Shown here one piece after another: positions 1 to 7,551 of a DNA stretch of 14,568 nucleotides (within the stretch, counting starts at the first letter, position 1; each line of letters starts with the position of its first letter). Both the position numbers and the translations under genes were made by a program. A model generated the notes under the pieces. The model was not told the origin of the DNA, did not search any database, and saw only the letters and a list, made by a program, of their open reading frames with translations. Source of the stretch: a virus (taxonomy: Duplodnaviria > Heunggongvirae > Uroviricota > Caudoviricetes); IMG/VR virus record IMGVR_UViG_2537562019_000027. One strand, written 5' to 3'.

Positions 1-467
<467 letters not shown>

Positions 468-564
468 TTAGTTTTTTTATTCGCATAAAGAATATACTTA
501 ATAATATATACAGTAAGAACCATTAGTAACGATAACCCTGCTATCAGCTCAGTGATGTAGATAG

Positions 565-834
565 TCATTGCTTCATCTCCCTTTCCATTTCATCAATGTC
601 AACGTCATCAGGAAGATGGGAGCAATACGCCGCTATACCATGATGATTTATCTCATACCCTTTGAACGTTACCATCTGGCGCGTAATCTCAACTTCGTTC
701 AGGAATCCGTCATCGCATAACTGCCTGGCTATTTTCGATTTGGTCTGGATTATTGGTAGTGCCTGTTCTTTCAAAGCGCATGATATTTGTGCATCCCATG
801 CCTTTTCGAGAATGGCTAATTGTTTTTTATTCAT
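565..834 (-). CDS. Hypothetical phage protein (89 aa), translationally coupled to the helicase gene
   Basis: ORF with ATG overlapping the helicase stop (TGATG at 836-832); no family recognised. Confidence 0.55.
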   Translation of the reverse strand: MNKKQLAILEKAWDAQISCALKEQALPIIQTKSKIARQLCDDGFLNEVEITRQMVTFKGYEINHHGIAAYCSHLPDDVDIDEMEREMKQ

Positions 835-2270
835 CAGAATCCTCCTTTCTTCTTGGACTGCGGTTCCTCGCGTTCACGTCGGCGCATTTCAGCAGACTGT
901 TGGTCTGTGTCATAAATAGCGCCATTTGCCTGAATGCAATACACCGTGCCGGTATTGCCATGACGATTGAGGCGAAGGATTAGTTCGGTTTCACCAGGAG
1001 GAACGCTGTCATCAAAAGCACCTTCACGATGGATCCCCACCCAATAATCGCAATCCTGTTCAATCTGCCCTGTATCTCGTGAGTCACTTGGTAATGGGCG
1101 TTTATTGGTTCGGCTTTCCAGTGCGCGGTTAAGCTGTGTCAGAAGCACAACAACGCAATCAAGCTCTTTGGCAAGGTTCTTCAGTCCTTTGGTGATCATG
1201 CCGTAAGCAAGGTCGTTGCGATCGGCCTTTTCAGCGGTCATTAGTGTCAGGTAATCGACCAGAATCATGCCAACACATCCTTTTTCTCGCTTGATTCGAC
1301 GGCTTTCGCTGACGATTTGAGCCAGAGATAATCCCGGCGTGTCGTCGATGTAAAGCAGGTCGATTTCACTCAAGCGATTGGCTGTTTCGATCGCCCTGTT
1401 GAAGTCACCATCGTAATCACCCTGATAGCCGTCATCAGCGTCATTTGTCGCCGGAAGGTAAAAAATATTCGGGTTAACACCTGACTTCTGTCCTACCAGT
1501 TTTTCCAGTATCTGGTCACCGGGCATTTCAAGGCTGAACATCAGAGCGGGCTTTTTCTCATGCACTGCGCAGTTGATTGCCATCTGGCTGTATAGCGTCG
1601 TTTTCCCCATCTTAGGGCGAGCGCCAATGACAAACAGAGAGCCTTTCACCAGACCTTTCGGTGACAGCATCCTGTCCAGCGATGGGATCCCTGTGCTCAT
1701 TCCCCGTTGTTCGCCTGATGGGTCAAATCGCTTCTCAAGGTCGCTAACCCAGTCTTCCATGACCTCGCCAAATGAGCGAAGGCCGCGACGCGATCCGGTT
1801 TTTGCATGGTCTGTCAGTTGCGTGAAAATCGCCTGAATAGCTTCGTACTTCTGCGTCGCAGTCATTCCGTTGCGGGAATAGAGCAATTCCGTCGCTTCAG
1901 TCATGCGGTTGATGGCGTAGCGTTCCATTGCGGTTTCGCGAACCTGCATTGCATAGGCAACGATGTTTGCGGCGCTCGGCGTGTTCTTTGCGATCTCAGC
2001 GATATAAGCAAAACCGCCAACAGACGCCGTTAACGATTTACGCTCCAGTTCATCGAAAAGCGTCAGGCCATCTACTGGCTTTTGCTCCCGGTGCATTCTG
2101 GTTATTTCTTCGAAAAGGATTTTGTGTGATCGGCTGTAAAATGAATCAGGCTTCAGCATCGCCAGAACTTTCTGGACGCGCTCACTGCTGTCATCATCCA
2201 GAAGCAATCCACCAATCACCGCCTGCTCTGCCTCGATGCTATGGGGCGGCGCATAAAAATTATCGGTCAT
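834..2270 (-). CDS. DnaB-family replicative DNA helicase (P22 gp12-like)
   Basis: 478-aa ORF with Walker A GARPKMGKTT and DnaB-like layout. Start taken as ATG at 2270-2268 (MTDNFYAPP...); the ORF track extends to a GTG at 2285. Sits immediately downstream of the O-like gene. Confidence 0.9.
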   Translation of the reverse strand: MTDNFYAPPHSIEAEQAVIGGLLLDDDSSERVQKVLAMLKPDSFYSRSHKILFEEITRMHREQKPVDGLTLFDELERKSLTASVGGFAYIAEIAKNTPSAANIVAYAMQVRETAMERYAINRMTEATELLYSRNGMTATQKYEAIQAIFTQLTDHAKTGSRRGLRSFGEVMEDWVSDLEKRFDPSGEQRGMSTGIPSLDRMLSPKGLVKGSLFVIGARPKMGKTTLYSQMAINCAVHEKKPALMFSLEMPGDQILEKLVGQKSGVNPNIFYLPATNDADDGYQGDYDGDFNRAIETANRLSEIDLLYIDDTPGLSLAQIVSESRRIKREKGCVGMILVDYLTLMTAEKADRNDLAYGMITKGLKNLAKELDCVVVLLTQLNRALESRTNKRPLPSDSRDTGQIEQDCDYWVGIHREGAFDDSVPPGETELILRLNRHGNTGTVYCIQANGAIYDTDQQSAEMRRREREEPQSKKKGGF

Positions 2271-3150
2271 CGTGTTCACCCTCACGAACTTTCAGGTAGG
2301 TATTATCGTTAAGCAGGAAATCAAATCCCTTTTTGTGCCAGACGGTTCCTCGCTGATGGTTTGGGCGCTCTTCGAACATCCATCGGCAATTTTCGCCTAC
2401 GTATCTCAAATAATTTCTCCAGTCCTGCATCGTGAACCCATGCCCGTCAAGCTGGCGGGTTATCACTCCGGCTTTGCGCCAGAACGTTCGGATCTGGTTT
2501 TTACGCTTGTCATTCAGTGCGCGGATTCTTGGCGCTTCAGGAAGGATTTCGTGGTAAGCATCGACAACATCCTGACAGCTAACGGAAGGTTTTTTCTTGT
2601 CAGACTTTTTGTCTGCTGTGGCACTCTCTAATACGTCAGTATTAGAGATATTATTTATATTATTGTTTATGGACAACCGTTGGACAACCGTTGGACAATC
2701 TCCGCTGAGAGCCTCGCCATTACTGGTGTTTGCGTTGGACAACCGTTGGACAACCGTTGGACAATTTTTTGCCTGAAAATCGTCATATTTAACGATTGTA
2801 AACAGGCTAAATTTCTTCCCCATCGAGCAAATATTAAGCATCCCTTTCGACTCAAAAGTCCGTAATAAGCTCCGAACTTTGTTGTCGGGGATGAATGTTT
2901 CTCTGACCAGCGACGGGCGTCCAGTTATCATCTGACCGCGATCAACAGTTATCGGCCCGATATCCGTATTGACGACAGTAGATTCGTGATTAGCCTTGAG
3001 GATTAAGTGAAGCCAAAGATGTACTGCCTGAGAGTCCTTATAGAGCCTGCTGTCCATAAACTGGCGGTGTATATAGGCATACCCCATACTGGATGCCTCC
3101 TGATGTTGTACAGGGTTATGCCTGTAATCAGCTAACTTAACGACGCCCAT
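2260..3150 (-). CDS. Replication initiator, lambda O-like (iteron-binding), with the origin inside the gene
   Basis: 296-aa ORF directly upstream of and overlapping the helicase gene; contains two clusters of tandem 11-bp iterons plus AT-rich flank, as for lambda ori within O. Confidence 0.75.
   Translation of the reverse strand: MGVVKLADYRHNPVQHQEASSMGYAYIHRQFMDSRLYKDSQAVHLWLHLILKANHESTVVNTDIGPITVDRGQMITGRPSLVRETFIPDNKVRSLLRTFESKGMLNICSMGKKFSLFTIVKYDDFQAKNCPTVVQRLSNANTSNGEALSGDCPTVVQRLSINNNINNISNTDVLESATADKKSDKKKPSVSCQDVVDAYHEILPEAPRIRALNDKRKNQIRTFWRKAGVITRQLDGHGFTMQDWRNYLRYVGENCRWMFEERPNHQRGTVWHKKGFDFLLNDNTYLKVREGEHDDR
2668..2765. repeat. Replication origin iterons: two clusters of 3 tandem copies of GTTGGACAACC, with AT-rich flanks
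   Basis: Tandem copies at 2671-2699 and 2734-2765, separated by about 35 bp; AT-rich stretches at 2641-2670 and 2765-2815. Confidence 0.8.
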
Positions 3151-3298
3151 GTTTCACTCCTGCTTTGGCTAGTCTGTAAACACCAACAAGGCGCTCTGCG
3201 AACGCCCTGTTATTTGCTGCGGCTACCACTAATCCCTCAGGTGAATCAGGGTGTCGAATCTCTTCTTTTTCCTGGTATTTCTTACGACGTTTTGTCAT
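3137..3298 (-). CDS. Small hypothetical protein (53 aa) between cII-like and O-like genes
   Basis: ATG at 3298-3296 preceded by AGGAG at 5-nt spacing; stop just inside the O-like start region. Translation MTKRRKKYQEKEEIRHPDSPEGLVVAAANNRAFAERLVGVYRLAKAGVKHGRR. Not in the ORF track (under 60 aa). Confidence 0.45.
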   Translation of the reverse strand: MTKRRKKYQEKEEIRHPDSPEGLVVAAANNRAFAERLVGVYRLAKAGVKHGRR

Positions 3299-3330
3299 AA
3301 TTACTCCTGTGGATTGATCCAGTAATTCCC

Positions 3331-3627
3331 TCAGAATTGCATATCAATTTGCTTAAAATCCTCGGTGGCGGCCGGGGATTTTTTCTTTGTGATTTCATCA
3401 AGCGCATACTTAAAAGCCCTGCTAATTGGACTGATGTCTGATGCCATTCCGAAAGCACACAAGACCGAAGCAATAAACCGCCAGTCCGTTCTGCTTATCT
3501 TCGATTCATGACAACCAATCATCTTTGCCAGACCGCGCTGAGTAAGCGTTGACAGGTTGATAAGTAAATCTGTTTCAGCGCGATCAACGTCACGCTGTGT
3601 TGGCTTGCTGTAGCTTGCTTGTGCCAT
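3331..3627 (-). CDS. cII: CII-like transcriptional activator (P22 C1 / lambda CII family)
   Basis: 98 aa; C-terminus KKKSPAATEDFKQIDMQF resembles lambda CII ...KKRPAATERSEQIQMEF; located after cro and nutR as in lambdoid phages. Confidence 0.75.
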   Translation of the reverse strand: MAQASYSKPTQRDVDRAETDLLINLSTLTQRGLAKMIGCHESKISRTDWRFIASVLCAFGMASDISPISRAFKYALDEITKKKSPAATEDFKQIDMQF

Positions 3628-3660
3628 TTGTTAATTTTCCTATATTGATATTGAGTTATA

Positions 3661-3685
3661 GCGGCACACCCAATGGATTTGCCGC
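3661..3685 (-). terminator. Hairpin between nutR and cII (tR1-like candidate)
   Basis: Inverted repeat GCGGCA...TGCCGC with 6-bp stems; no clean U-run, so a rho-dependent or weak terminator at best. Confidence 0.3.
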
Positions 3686-3694
3686 TGATGTTTG

Positions 3695-3735
3695 CTCACC
3701 CGGTTAGAGGTGAAAGGCCAGAACTGTTAAAGAGC
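3695..3735 (-). promoter_or_regulatory. nutR: boxA (GCTCTTTAACA, minus strand 3735-3725) and boxB hairpin (3714-3695)
   Basis: boxA matches the consensus and is identical to the nutL boxA; boxB stem TCACC/GGTGA with a loop containing CUAACC, shared with the nutL boxB loop. Confidence 0.6.
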
Positions 3736-3742
3736 AATTTGC

Positions 3743-3928
3743 TTATGCCGCTTGGCGGTAAGCACTTTCTTGATACTTCAGGGCGCCAGCTGTAACGATT
3801 TCCAATCGATAGGCGTCTTTCTCTGGGATAACTTCTTTCCACTGAGAGACTGCTGCATCGCTAATGCCTAGTGCTTTAGCAACAGCACGCTGGGTTCCGA
3901 AGTGGTCAATAACATCTTTTTTGTACAT
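3743..3928 (-). CDS. cro: Cro repressor (P22 Cro-like)
   Basis: 61 aa, MYKKDVIDHFGTQRAVAKALGISDAAVSQWKEV..., which I recognise as near-identical to P22 Cro; divergent from c2 across an operator region. Confidence 0.9.
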   Translation of the reverse strand: MYKKDVIDHFGTQRAVAKALGISDAAVSQWKEVIPEKDAYRLEIVTAGALKYQESAYRQAA

Positions 3929-4008
3929 AGACTCGCTCCGAAATTAAAGAACACTTAAATTATCCACCAAAGGAATCTTAAGTCAAGTTTATTTAAGATG
4001 TCTTAACT
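3929..4008. promoter_or_regulatory. OR/PR/PRM region with P22-type palindromic operators
   Basis: Minus-strand PR: TTGACT (3986-3981), 17-bp spacer, ATAATT (3963-3958), GGAG before the cro ATG. Operator-like palindromes ATTAAAGAACACTTAAAT (3943-3960), around 3969-3989, and ATTTAAGATGTCTTAACT (3991-4008). Confidence 0.7.
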
Positions 4009-4659
4009 ATGAATACACAACTGATGGGTGAGCGTATTCGCGCTCGCAGAAAAGAACTCAAGATTAGGCAGGCTGCCCTTGGCAAGATGGTTGGCGTGTC
4101 TAATGTTGCTATTTCCCAATGGGAGCGATCTGAAACTGAGCCCAATGGCGAAAACCTATTGGCCTTAGCCAAGGCTTTGCAGTGCTCCCCTGATTACCTG
4201 TTGAAAGGAGAGGATAGTCTTTCAAACATTGCCTATCACAGCAGGCATGATCCAAGAGGTTCGTATCCTCTAATTAGTTGGGTAAGCGCAGGATGTTGGA
4301 TGGAAGCTGTAGAGCCATATCATAGGCGTGCAATAGATAACTGGTACGACACAACGGTAGATTGTTCTGAAGACTCTTTTTGGCTCGACGTTAAAGGCGA
4401 TTCAATGACTGCCCCGGCAGGACTGAGTATTCCTGAGGGGATGATTATTCTCGTCGACCCAGAAGTCGAACCACGTAATGGAAAGCTGGTAGTCGCCAAA
4501 CTTGAAGGGGAAAACGAGGCGACATTCAAAAAGTTAGTTATTGATGCCGGTAGAAAATTCCTGAAACCACTCAATCCACAATACCCAATGATTGAAATCA
4601 ATGGGAACTGTAAAATCATTGGCGTTGTCGTTGATGCCAAGCTAGCAAACCTTCCTTAA
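4009..4659 (+). CDS. c2: C2/CI-type prophage repressor (HTH plus LexA-like S24 peptidase domain)
   Basis: 216 aa, MNTQLMGERIRARRKELKIRQAALGKMVGVSNVAISQWERSE...GDSM...K, which I recognise as near-identical to P22 C2; start abuts the operator (leaderless-like). Confidence 0.95.
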   Translation: MNTQLMGERIRARRKELKIRQAALGKMVGVSNVAISQWERSETEPNGENLLALAKALQCSPDYLLKGEDSLSNIAYHSRHDPRGSYPLISWVSAGCWMEAVEPYHRRAIDNWYDTTVDCSEDSFWLDVKGDSMTAPAGLSIPEGMIILVDPEVEPRNGKLVVAKLEGENEATFKKLVIDAGRKFLKPLNPQYPMIEINGNCKIIGVVVDAKLANLP

Positions 4660-4679
4660 GGGGCTTTCGCCCCTTTTTT
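4660..4679 (+). terminator. Rho-independent terminator after c2
   Basis: GGGGC-TTTC-GCCCC followed by TTTTTT immediately after the c2 stop. Confidence 0.75.
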
Positions 4680-4723
4680 ATTTCCCGTTAAAAATCAAAG
4701 ACAAACTAAATTCACGCCCATAA

Positions 4724-4778
4724 AATTAAGTTTTCTTCAAAAATGCACTTGACCAATAAATTAAGAAGTCTTAAATTT
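4724..4778 (+). promoter_or_regulatory. OL/PL: promoter TTGACC-17-TAAATT overlapped by P22-type operator palindromes
   Basis: TTGACC at 4749-4754, TAAATT at 4772-4777; operator-like AATTAAGAAGTCTTAAATT (4759-4777) and AATTAAGTTTTCTTCAA (4724-4740). Confidence 0.6.
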
Positions 4779-4823
4779 AAGCCATCAGCAGGACGCTGGA
4801 AGCCAAACGGAACAGATTGGCAG

Positions 4824-4863
4824 GCTCTTTAACATCGACGGACTCTCAACCTAACCGTTGAGA
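4824..4863 (+). promoter_or_regulatory. nutL: boxA (GCTCTTTAACA, 4824-4834) and boxB hairpin (4844-4863)
   Basis: boxB is TCTCAAC-CTAACC-GTTGAGA, a 7-bp stem with 6-nt loop; lies between pL and N. Confidence 0.65.
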
Positions 4864-4973
4864 CCAGAACTTGAGTGGTTTTGGGGATGGCGCGAATTGC
4901 AGCTGCAAGACAGCGATCGAGAAGATAAGCACCTCGACGCGTCATGCGCCAAAGCCACTTAAAGGAGACCATC

Positions 4974-5279
4974 ATGGTAACCATTGTCTGGAAAGAATCC
5001 AAAGGTACGGCAAAAAGCCGCTACAAAGCTCGCAGAGCAGAACTTATTGCCGAGCGACGCAGTAATGAAGCACTGGCGCGAAAAATTGCGCTAAAGCTCT
5101 CTGGTTGCGTCAGAGCAGACAAAGCAGCATCACTAGGAAGCCTTTGCTGCAAGAAGAAAGAAGAAGTCGTTCGAAAAAATAGAAGTATTTATTACAAAGA
5201 TTCAAACCCGTTAGGAAACAAAATTCATGCAGTCCAAAAAATAAAATTGTACAGTAAACTACCGTACGGTGCTTATTGA
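4974..5279 (+). CDS. N: Antitermination protein N (phi21-type arginine-rich motif)
   Basis: ATG at 4974 with AGGAG 6 nt upstream; N-terminal GTAKSRYKARRAELIAERR is the arginine-rich boxB-binding motif I recall for phage 21 N; positioned after pL/nutL. Confidence 0.8.
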   Translation: MVTIVWKESKGTAKSRYKARRAELIAERRSNEALARKIALKLSGCVRADKAASLGSLCCKKKEEVVRKNRSIYYKDSNPLGNKIHAVQKIKLYSKLPYGAY

Positions 5280-5281
5280 GT

Positions 5282-5620
5282 ATGCTTATGGTGAAAAAGA
5301 CTATTTATGTTAATCCTGACCGCGGACAAAACAGAAAAGTATCTGATAGAGGTCTTACATCTCGAGACAGGAGGAGAATAGCGAGATGGGAAAAAAGGAT
5401 AGCATATGCATTAAAAAACGGTGTAACACCTGGATTTAATGCTATAGATGACGGTCCTGAATATAAAATTAATGAAGAACCAATGGACAAAGTTGACAAA
5501 GCATTAGCAACACCATTTCCTCGCGATGTCGAAAAAATTGAAGATGAAAAATATGAGGATGTAATGCACAGAGTTGTTAATCACGCTCACCAACGAAATC
5601 CAAATAAAAAATGGTCATAG
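5282..5620 (+). CDS. Hypothetical protein (about 110 aa), low-GC moron gene; start uncertain (ATG 5282 or 5288)
   Basis: ORF in an AT-rich segment immediately after N, followed by a strong terminator; weak SD; no family recognised. Confidence 0.45.
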   Translation: MLMVKKTIYVNPDRGQNRKVSDRGLTSRDRRRIARWEKRIAYALKNGVTPGFNAIDDGPEYKINEEPMDKVDKALATPFPRDVEKIEDEKYEDVMHRVVNHAHQRNPNKKWS

Positions 5621-5641
5621 CCCACTTCGGTGGGTTTTTTA
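5621..5641 (+). terminator. Rho-independent terminator
   Basis: CCCAC-TTCG-GTGGG followed by TTTTTT, directly after the stop of the 5282-5620 ORF. Confidence 0.65.
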
Positions 5642-5656
5642 TTGTCTGAACAAATC

Positions 5657-5745
5657 TAATTTACTACCGCAAGCCACGCAGTGAAATGGGTGTGACTTGT
5701 GTTGGTCGCCAGAAAATGAAATTAGGCAGCAAACCACTTATTTGA
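5657..5745 (+). other. Diverged second copy of the N gene 3' end (no start codon); probable recombination remnant
   Basis: In-frame translation YRKPRSEMGVTCVGRQKMKLGSKPLI* parallels the C-terminus of the N ORF (YYKDSNPLGNKIHAVQKIKLYSKLPYGAY*), with nucleotide similarity (CAAAAAATAAAATTGTACAGTAAAC vs CAGAAAATGAAATTAGGCAGCAAAC). Confidence 0.5.
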
Positions 5746-5753
5746 GGTGAGAT

Positions 5754-6224
5754 ATGACAAAATCATGGAGCGTACCTTTTCCTGAATCAGAAACTGAACA
5801 TGATGGAATGCCTGTTTTCTGGAGATTCCAGGCGACAGTTGAAGAAGATGGGATAAAAATATTCGCACTTCAATATATAGCTTTTCATCAGACAGAGCAT
5901 TATGCATGGTTGGTTCCTGCGCATTGGATTGTTGATTTTAAACCAGCACCAAATCAGTGGTTACAGGAATGGAAACAAAAGAGAAATAGATATGCAATTA
6001 AGAAAGTAGCAAAAAATGCAGAAAGATCTTTTGCATTCCCAACGAAGAAACTTGCCATTGAAAGTTTATTGCGCCGGAAGAAATACCATTTAATGAGAAT
6101 CAAACAAGATTTGGCTGTTGTATCAACTCTTGTTGATGGGATGAAGAATATTGATACATCAACACCAGATATTGAATATAACTTTGGGCACAACCAAGAA
6201 ACAGAAAATTGGGTATTTTATTAG
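5754..6224 (+). CDS. Hypothetical protein (156 aa), low-GC moron gene
   Basis: ATG with GAGGTGAG SD; AT-rich codon usage; no family recognised; no obvious transmembrane segments. Confidence 0.6.
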   Translation: MTKSWSVPFPESETEHDGMPVFWRFQATVEEDGIKIFALQYIAFHQTEHYAWLVPAHWIVDFKPAPNQWLQEWKQKRNRYAIKKVAKNAERSFAFPTKKLAIESLLRRKKYHLMRIKQDLAVVSTLVDGMKNIDTSTPDIEYNFGHNQETENWVFY

Positions 6225-6418
6225 TACGAGTAAGCACTGTGTATTCATTCCAACGAGTGAATACACGGAGCAATGTCGCTCGTAACTAAACAGGAGCCGA
6301 CTTGTTCTGATTATTGGAAATCTTCTTTGCCCTCCGATGTGGGGGGCTTTTTATATGCATACCAATAACGCTTCACTCGAGGCGTTTTCGTTATGCAATC
6401 AAACAGAAGGAGCATCCT

Positions 6419-6589
6419 ATGCAACAGTTCGCTATTGCAGGGGCGGCATCGGTTCGCCCTTTCAACCCGATTTTATCGGTACAGCATTCACGAAAAAATA
6501 TTTTAACCGGAGCAGACTTTAAACAACCAAGAATGAAAAGCTTGCTCGAAAAGCTTTGGGATATTTTGAAACAACAAGGCCGTCCATGA
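6419..6589 (+). CDS. cIII: CIII-like protein (FtsH inhibitor family, lambda CIII homolog)
   Basis: 56 aa, AAGGAG SD; MQQFAIAGA...SLLEKLWDILKQQGRP resembles lambda CIII MQYAIAGW...SLLERITRKLRDGWKRLIDILNQPGVP. Confidence 0.7.
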   Translation: MQQFAIAGAASVRPFNPILSVQHSRKNILTGADFKQPRMKSLLEKLWDILKQQGRP

Positions 6590-6744
6590 GTTTTACAGAT
6601 AACTGGTCAGACGAAGAATTCATTCGTCAGATGAAAGAATTAATCGGTAACGAAGGAGATATTCATGTCACTTGCAACCACAGTGAAGGAGAGCAAGTTA
6701 CAGAGACGCATGTACACGCAGAAAGCTCTCTGGTATCGCCATAA
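6586..6744 (+). CDS. Small hypothetical protein (52 aa), in the kil-like position after cIII
   Basis: ATGA start/stop overlap with cIII; MSFTDNWSDEEFIRQMKELIGNEGDIHVTCNHSEGEQVTETHVHAESSLVSP; function inferred only from position. Confidence 0.4.
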   Translation: MSFTDNWSDEEFIRQMKELIGNEGDIHVTCNHSEGEQVTETHVHAESSLVSP

Positions 6745-6843
6745 TGGCGACCGCGAAGGAATGCGGGTATGCCTTAATTTGTCCCGAGTCGAAGTATTAA
6801 ATCAGCGTTATTTCCTTGGGCCGTGTCCATTCTGAGGTGAATT

Positions 6844-7551
6844 ATGGATTTGAATAAATTCGATGAGCCATTCAGCCCTGAAGATATCGAATGGCGAATA
6901 CAGCAAAGCGGTAAAACACGCGATGGCAAGGTGTGGGCTATGGTGCTGGCTTATGTCACGAACCGGGCAATCATGAAACGCCTGGACGATGTTTGCGGCA
7001 AAGCAGGATGGCGCAATGAATACCGCGATATTCCCAACAACGGCGGCGTTGAATGCGGCATATCAATAAAGATTGATTCCGAATGGGTAACCAAATGGGA
7101 TGCTGCTGAAAACACGCAGGTAGAAGCCGTCAAAGGTGGTCGTTCAGGTGCAATGAAGCGCGCTGCCGTTCAGTGGGGAATCGGTCGGTATCTGTATAAC
7201 CTTGAGGAAGGTTTCGCACAAACATCTCTCGATAAAAAGCAGGGATGGCACAGGGCAAAACTCAAGGATGGAACAGGATTTTACTGGCTCCCTCCATCGC
7301 TGCCGGGATGGGCAATACCAGCATCAGATAACAAACCATCACCAGAAAATACCAACCAGAAATCTCCATCGGTTGACTGCGAACAAATCCTGAAAGACTT
7401 CAGCGATTATGCGTCAACAGAAACTGACAAGAAAAAACTCATCGAGCGTTATCAGCGTGACTGGCAATTAATGGCTGGCAACGAGGAGGCGCAGGCTAAA
7501 TGCGTTCAGGTAATGAACATCAGAGTTAACGAACTAAAACAGGCGGCATAA
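6844..7551 (+). CDS. Rad52/Sak-family single-strand annealing protein (phage recombinase)
   Basis: 235 aa with GAGGTG SD; GGRSGAMKRAAVQWGIGRYLY motif is characteristic of Rad52/22-family annealing proteins; sits in the recombination module. Confidence 0.75.
   Translation: MDLNKFDEPFSPEDIEWRIQQSGKTRDGKVWAMVLAYVTNRAIMKRLDDVCGKAGWRNEYRDIPNNGGVECGISIKIDSEWVTKWDAAENTQVEAVKGGRSGAMKRAAVQWGIGRYLYNLEEGFAQTSLDKKQGWHRAKLKDGTGFYWLPPSLPGWAIPASDNKPSPENTNQKSPSVDCEQILKDFSDYASTETDKKKLIERYQRDWQLMAGNEEAQAKCVQVMNIRVNELKQAA

Noticed and set aside
662-983. Plus-strand ORFs 662-919 and 753-983
   Set aside because: Antisense to the 89-aa gene and the helicase 3' end; no SD; implausible Cys/Phe-rich translations.
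1573-2299. Plus-strand ORFs 1573-1836, 1806-2033 and 1928-2299
   Set aside because: All lie antisense within the DnaB-like helicase gene; Arg/Ser-rich translations typical of shadow ORFs.
2668-2765. Tandem short repeats that could be mistaken for a CRISPR array
   Set aside because: Units are 11 bp, directly tandem without unique spacers, and sit inside the initiator gene beside AT-rich DNA; they are origin iterons.
2272-2865. ORFs 2272-2631 (+), 2667-2855 (-) and 2680-2865 (+)
   Set aside because: They overlap the O-like gene in other frames or strands; the last two are generated by the iteron repeats (repetitive peptides).
3282-3473. 63-aa minus-strand ORF overlapping the cII-like gene in another frame
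   Set aside because: Out-of-frame overlap with a recognised gene; the adjacent 53-aa ORF with a strong SD better explains this space.
4320-4640. 106-aa ORF antisense to the c2 repressor gene
   Set aside because: Entirely inside and opposite a near-certain repressor gene; low-complexity S/T-rich translation and no start context.
5305-6193. Minus-strand ORFs 5305-5499, 5722-5907 and 5954-6193 inside the moron
   Set aside because: Antisense to the pL-operon ORFs in AT-rich DNA, where Phe/Leu/Ile/Lys-rich shadow ORFs arise by chance; no SD. The apparent hydrophobicity of the 79-aa ORF is probably a composition artefact, though a sieB-like antisense gene cannot be fully excluded.
6314-6522. 5' extension of the cIII-like ORF (from 6314) and ORF 6337-6522
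   Set aside because: The extension lacks an SD, whereas the ATG at 6419 has AAGGAG at ideal spacing and matches the lambda CIII N-terminus; the other ORF is an alternative frame.
6951-7393. ORFs 6951-7133 (-) and 7202-7393 (+) within the annealing protein gene
   Set aside because: Internal alternative-frame or antisense ORFs of a well-supported gene.
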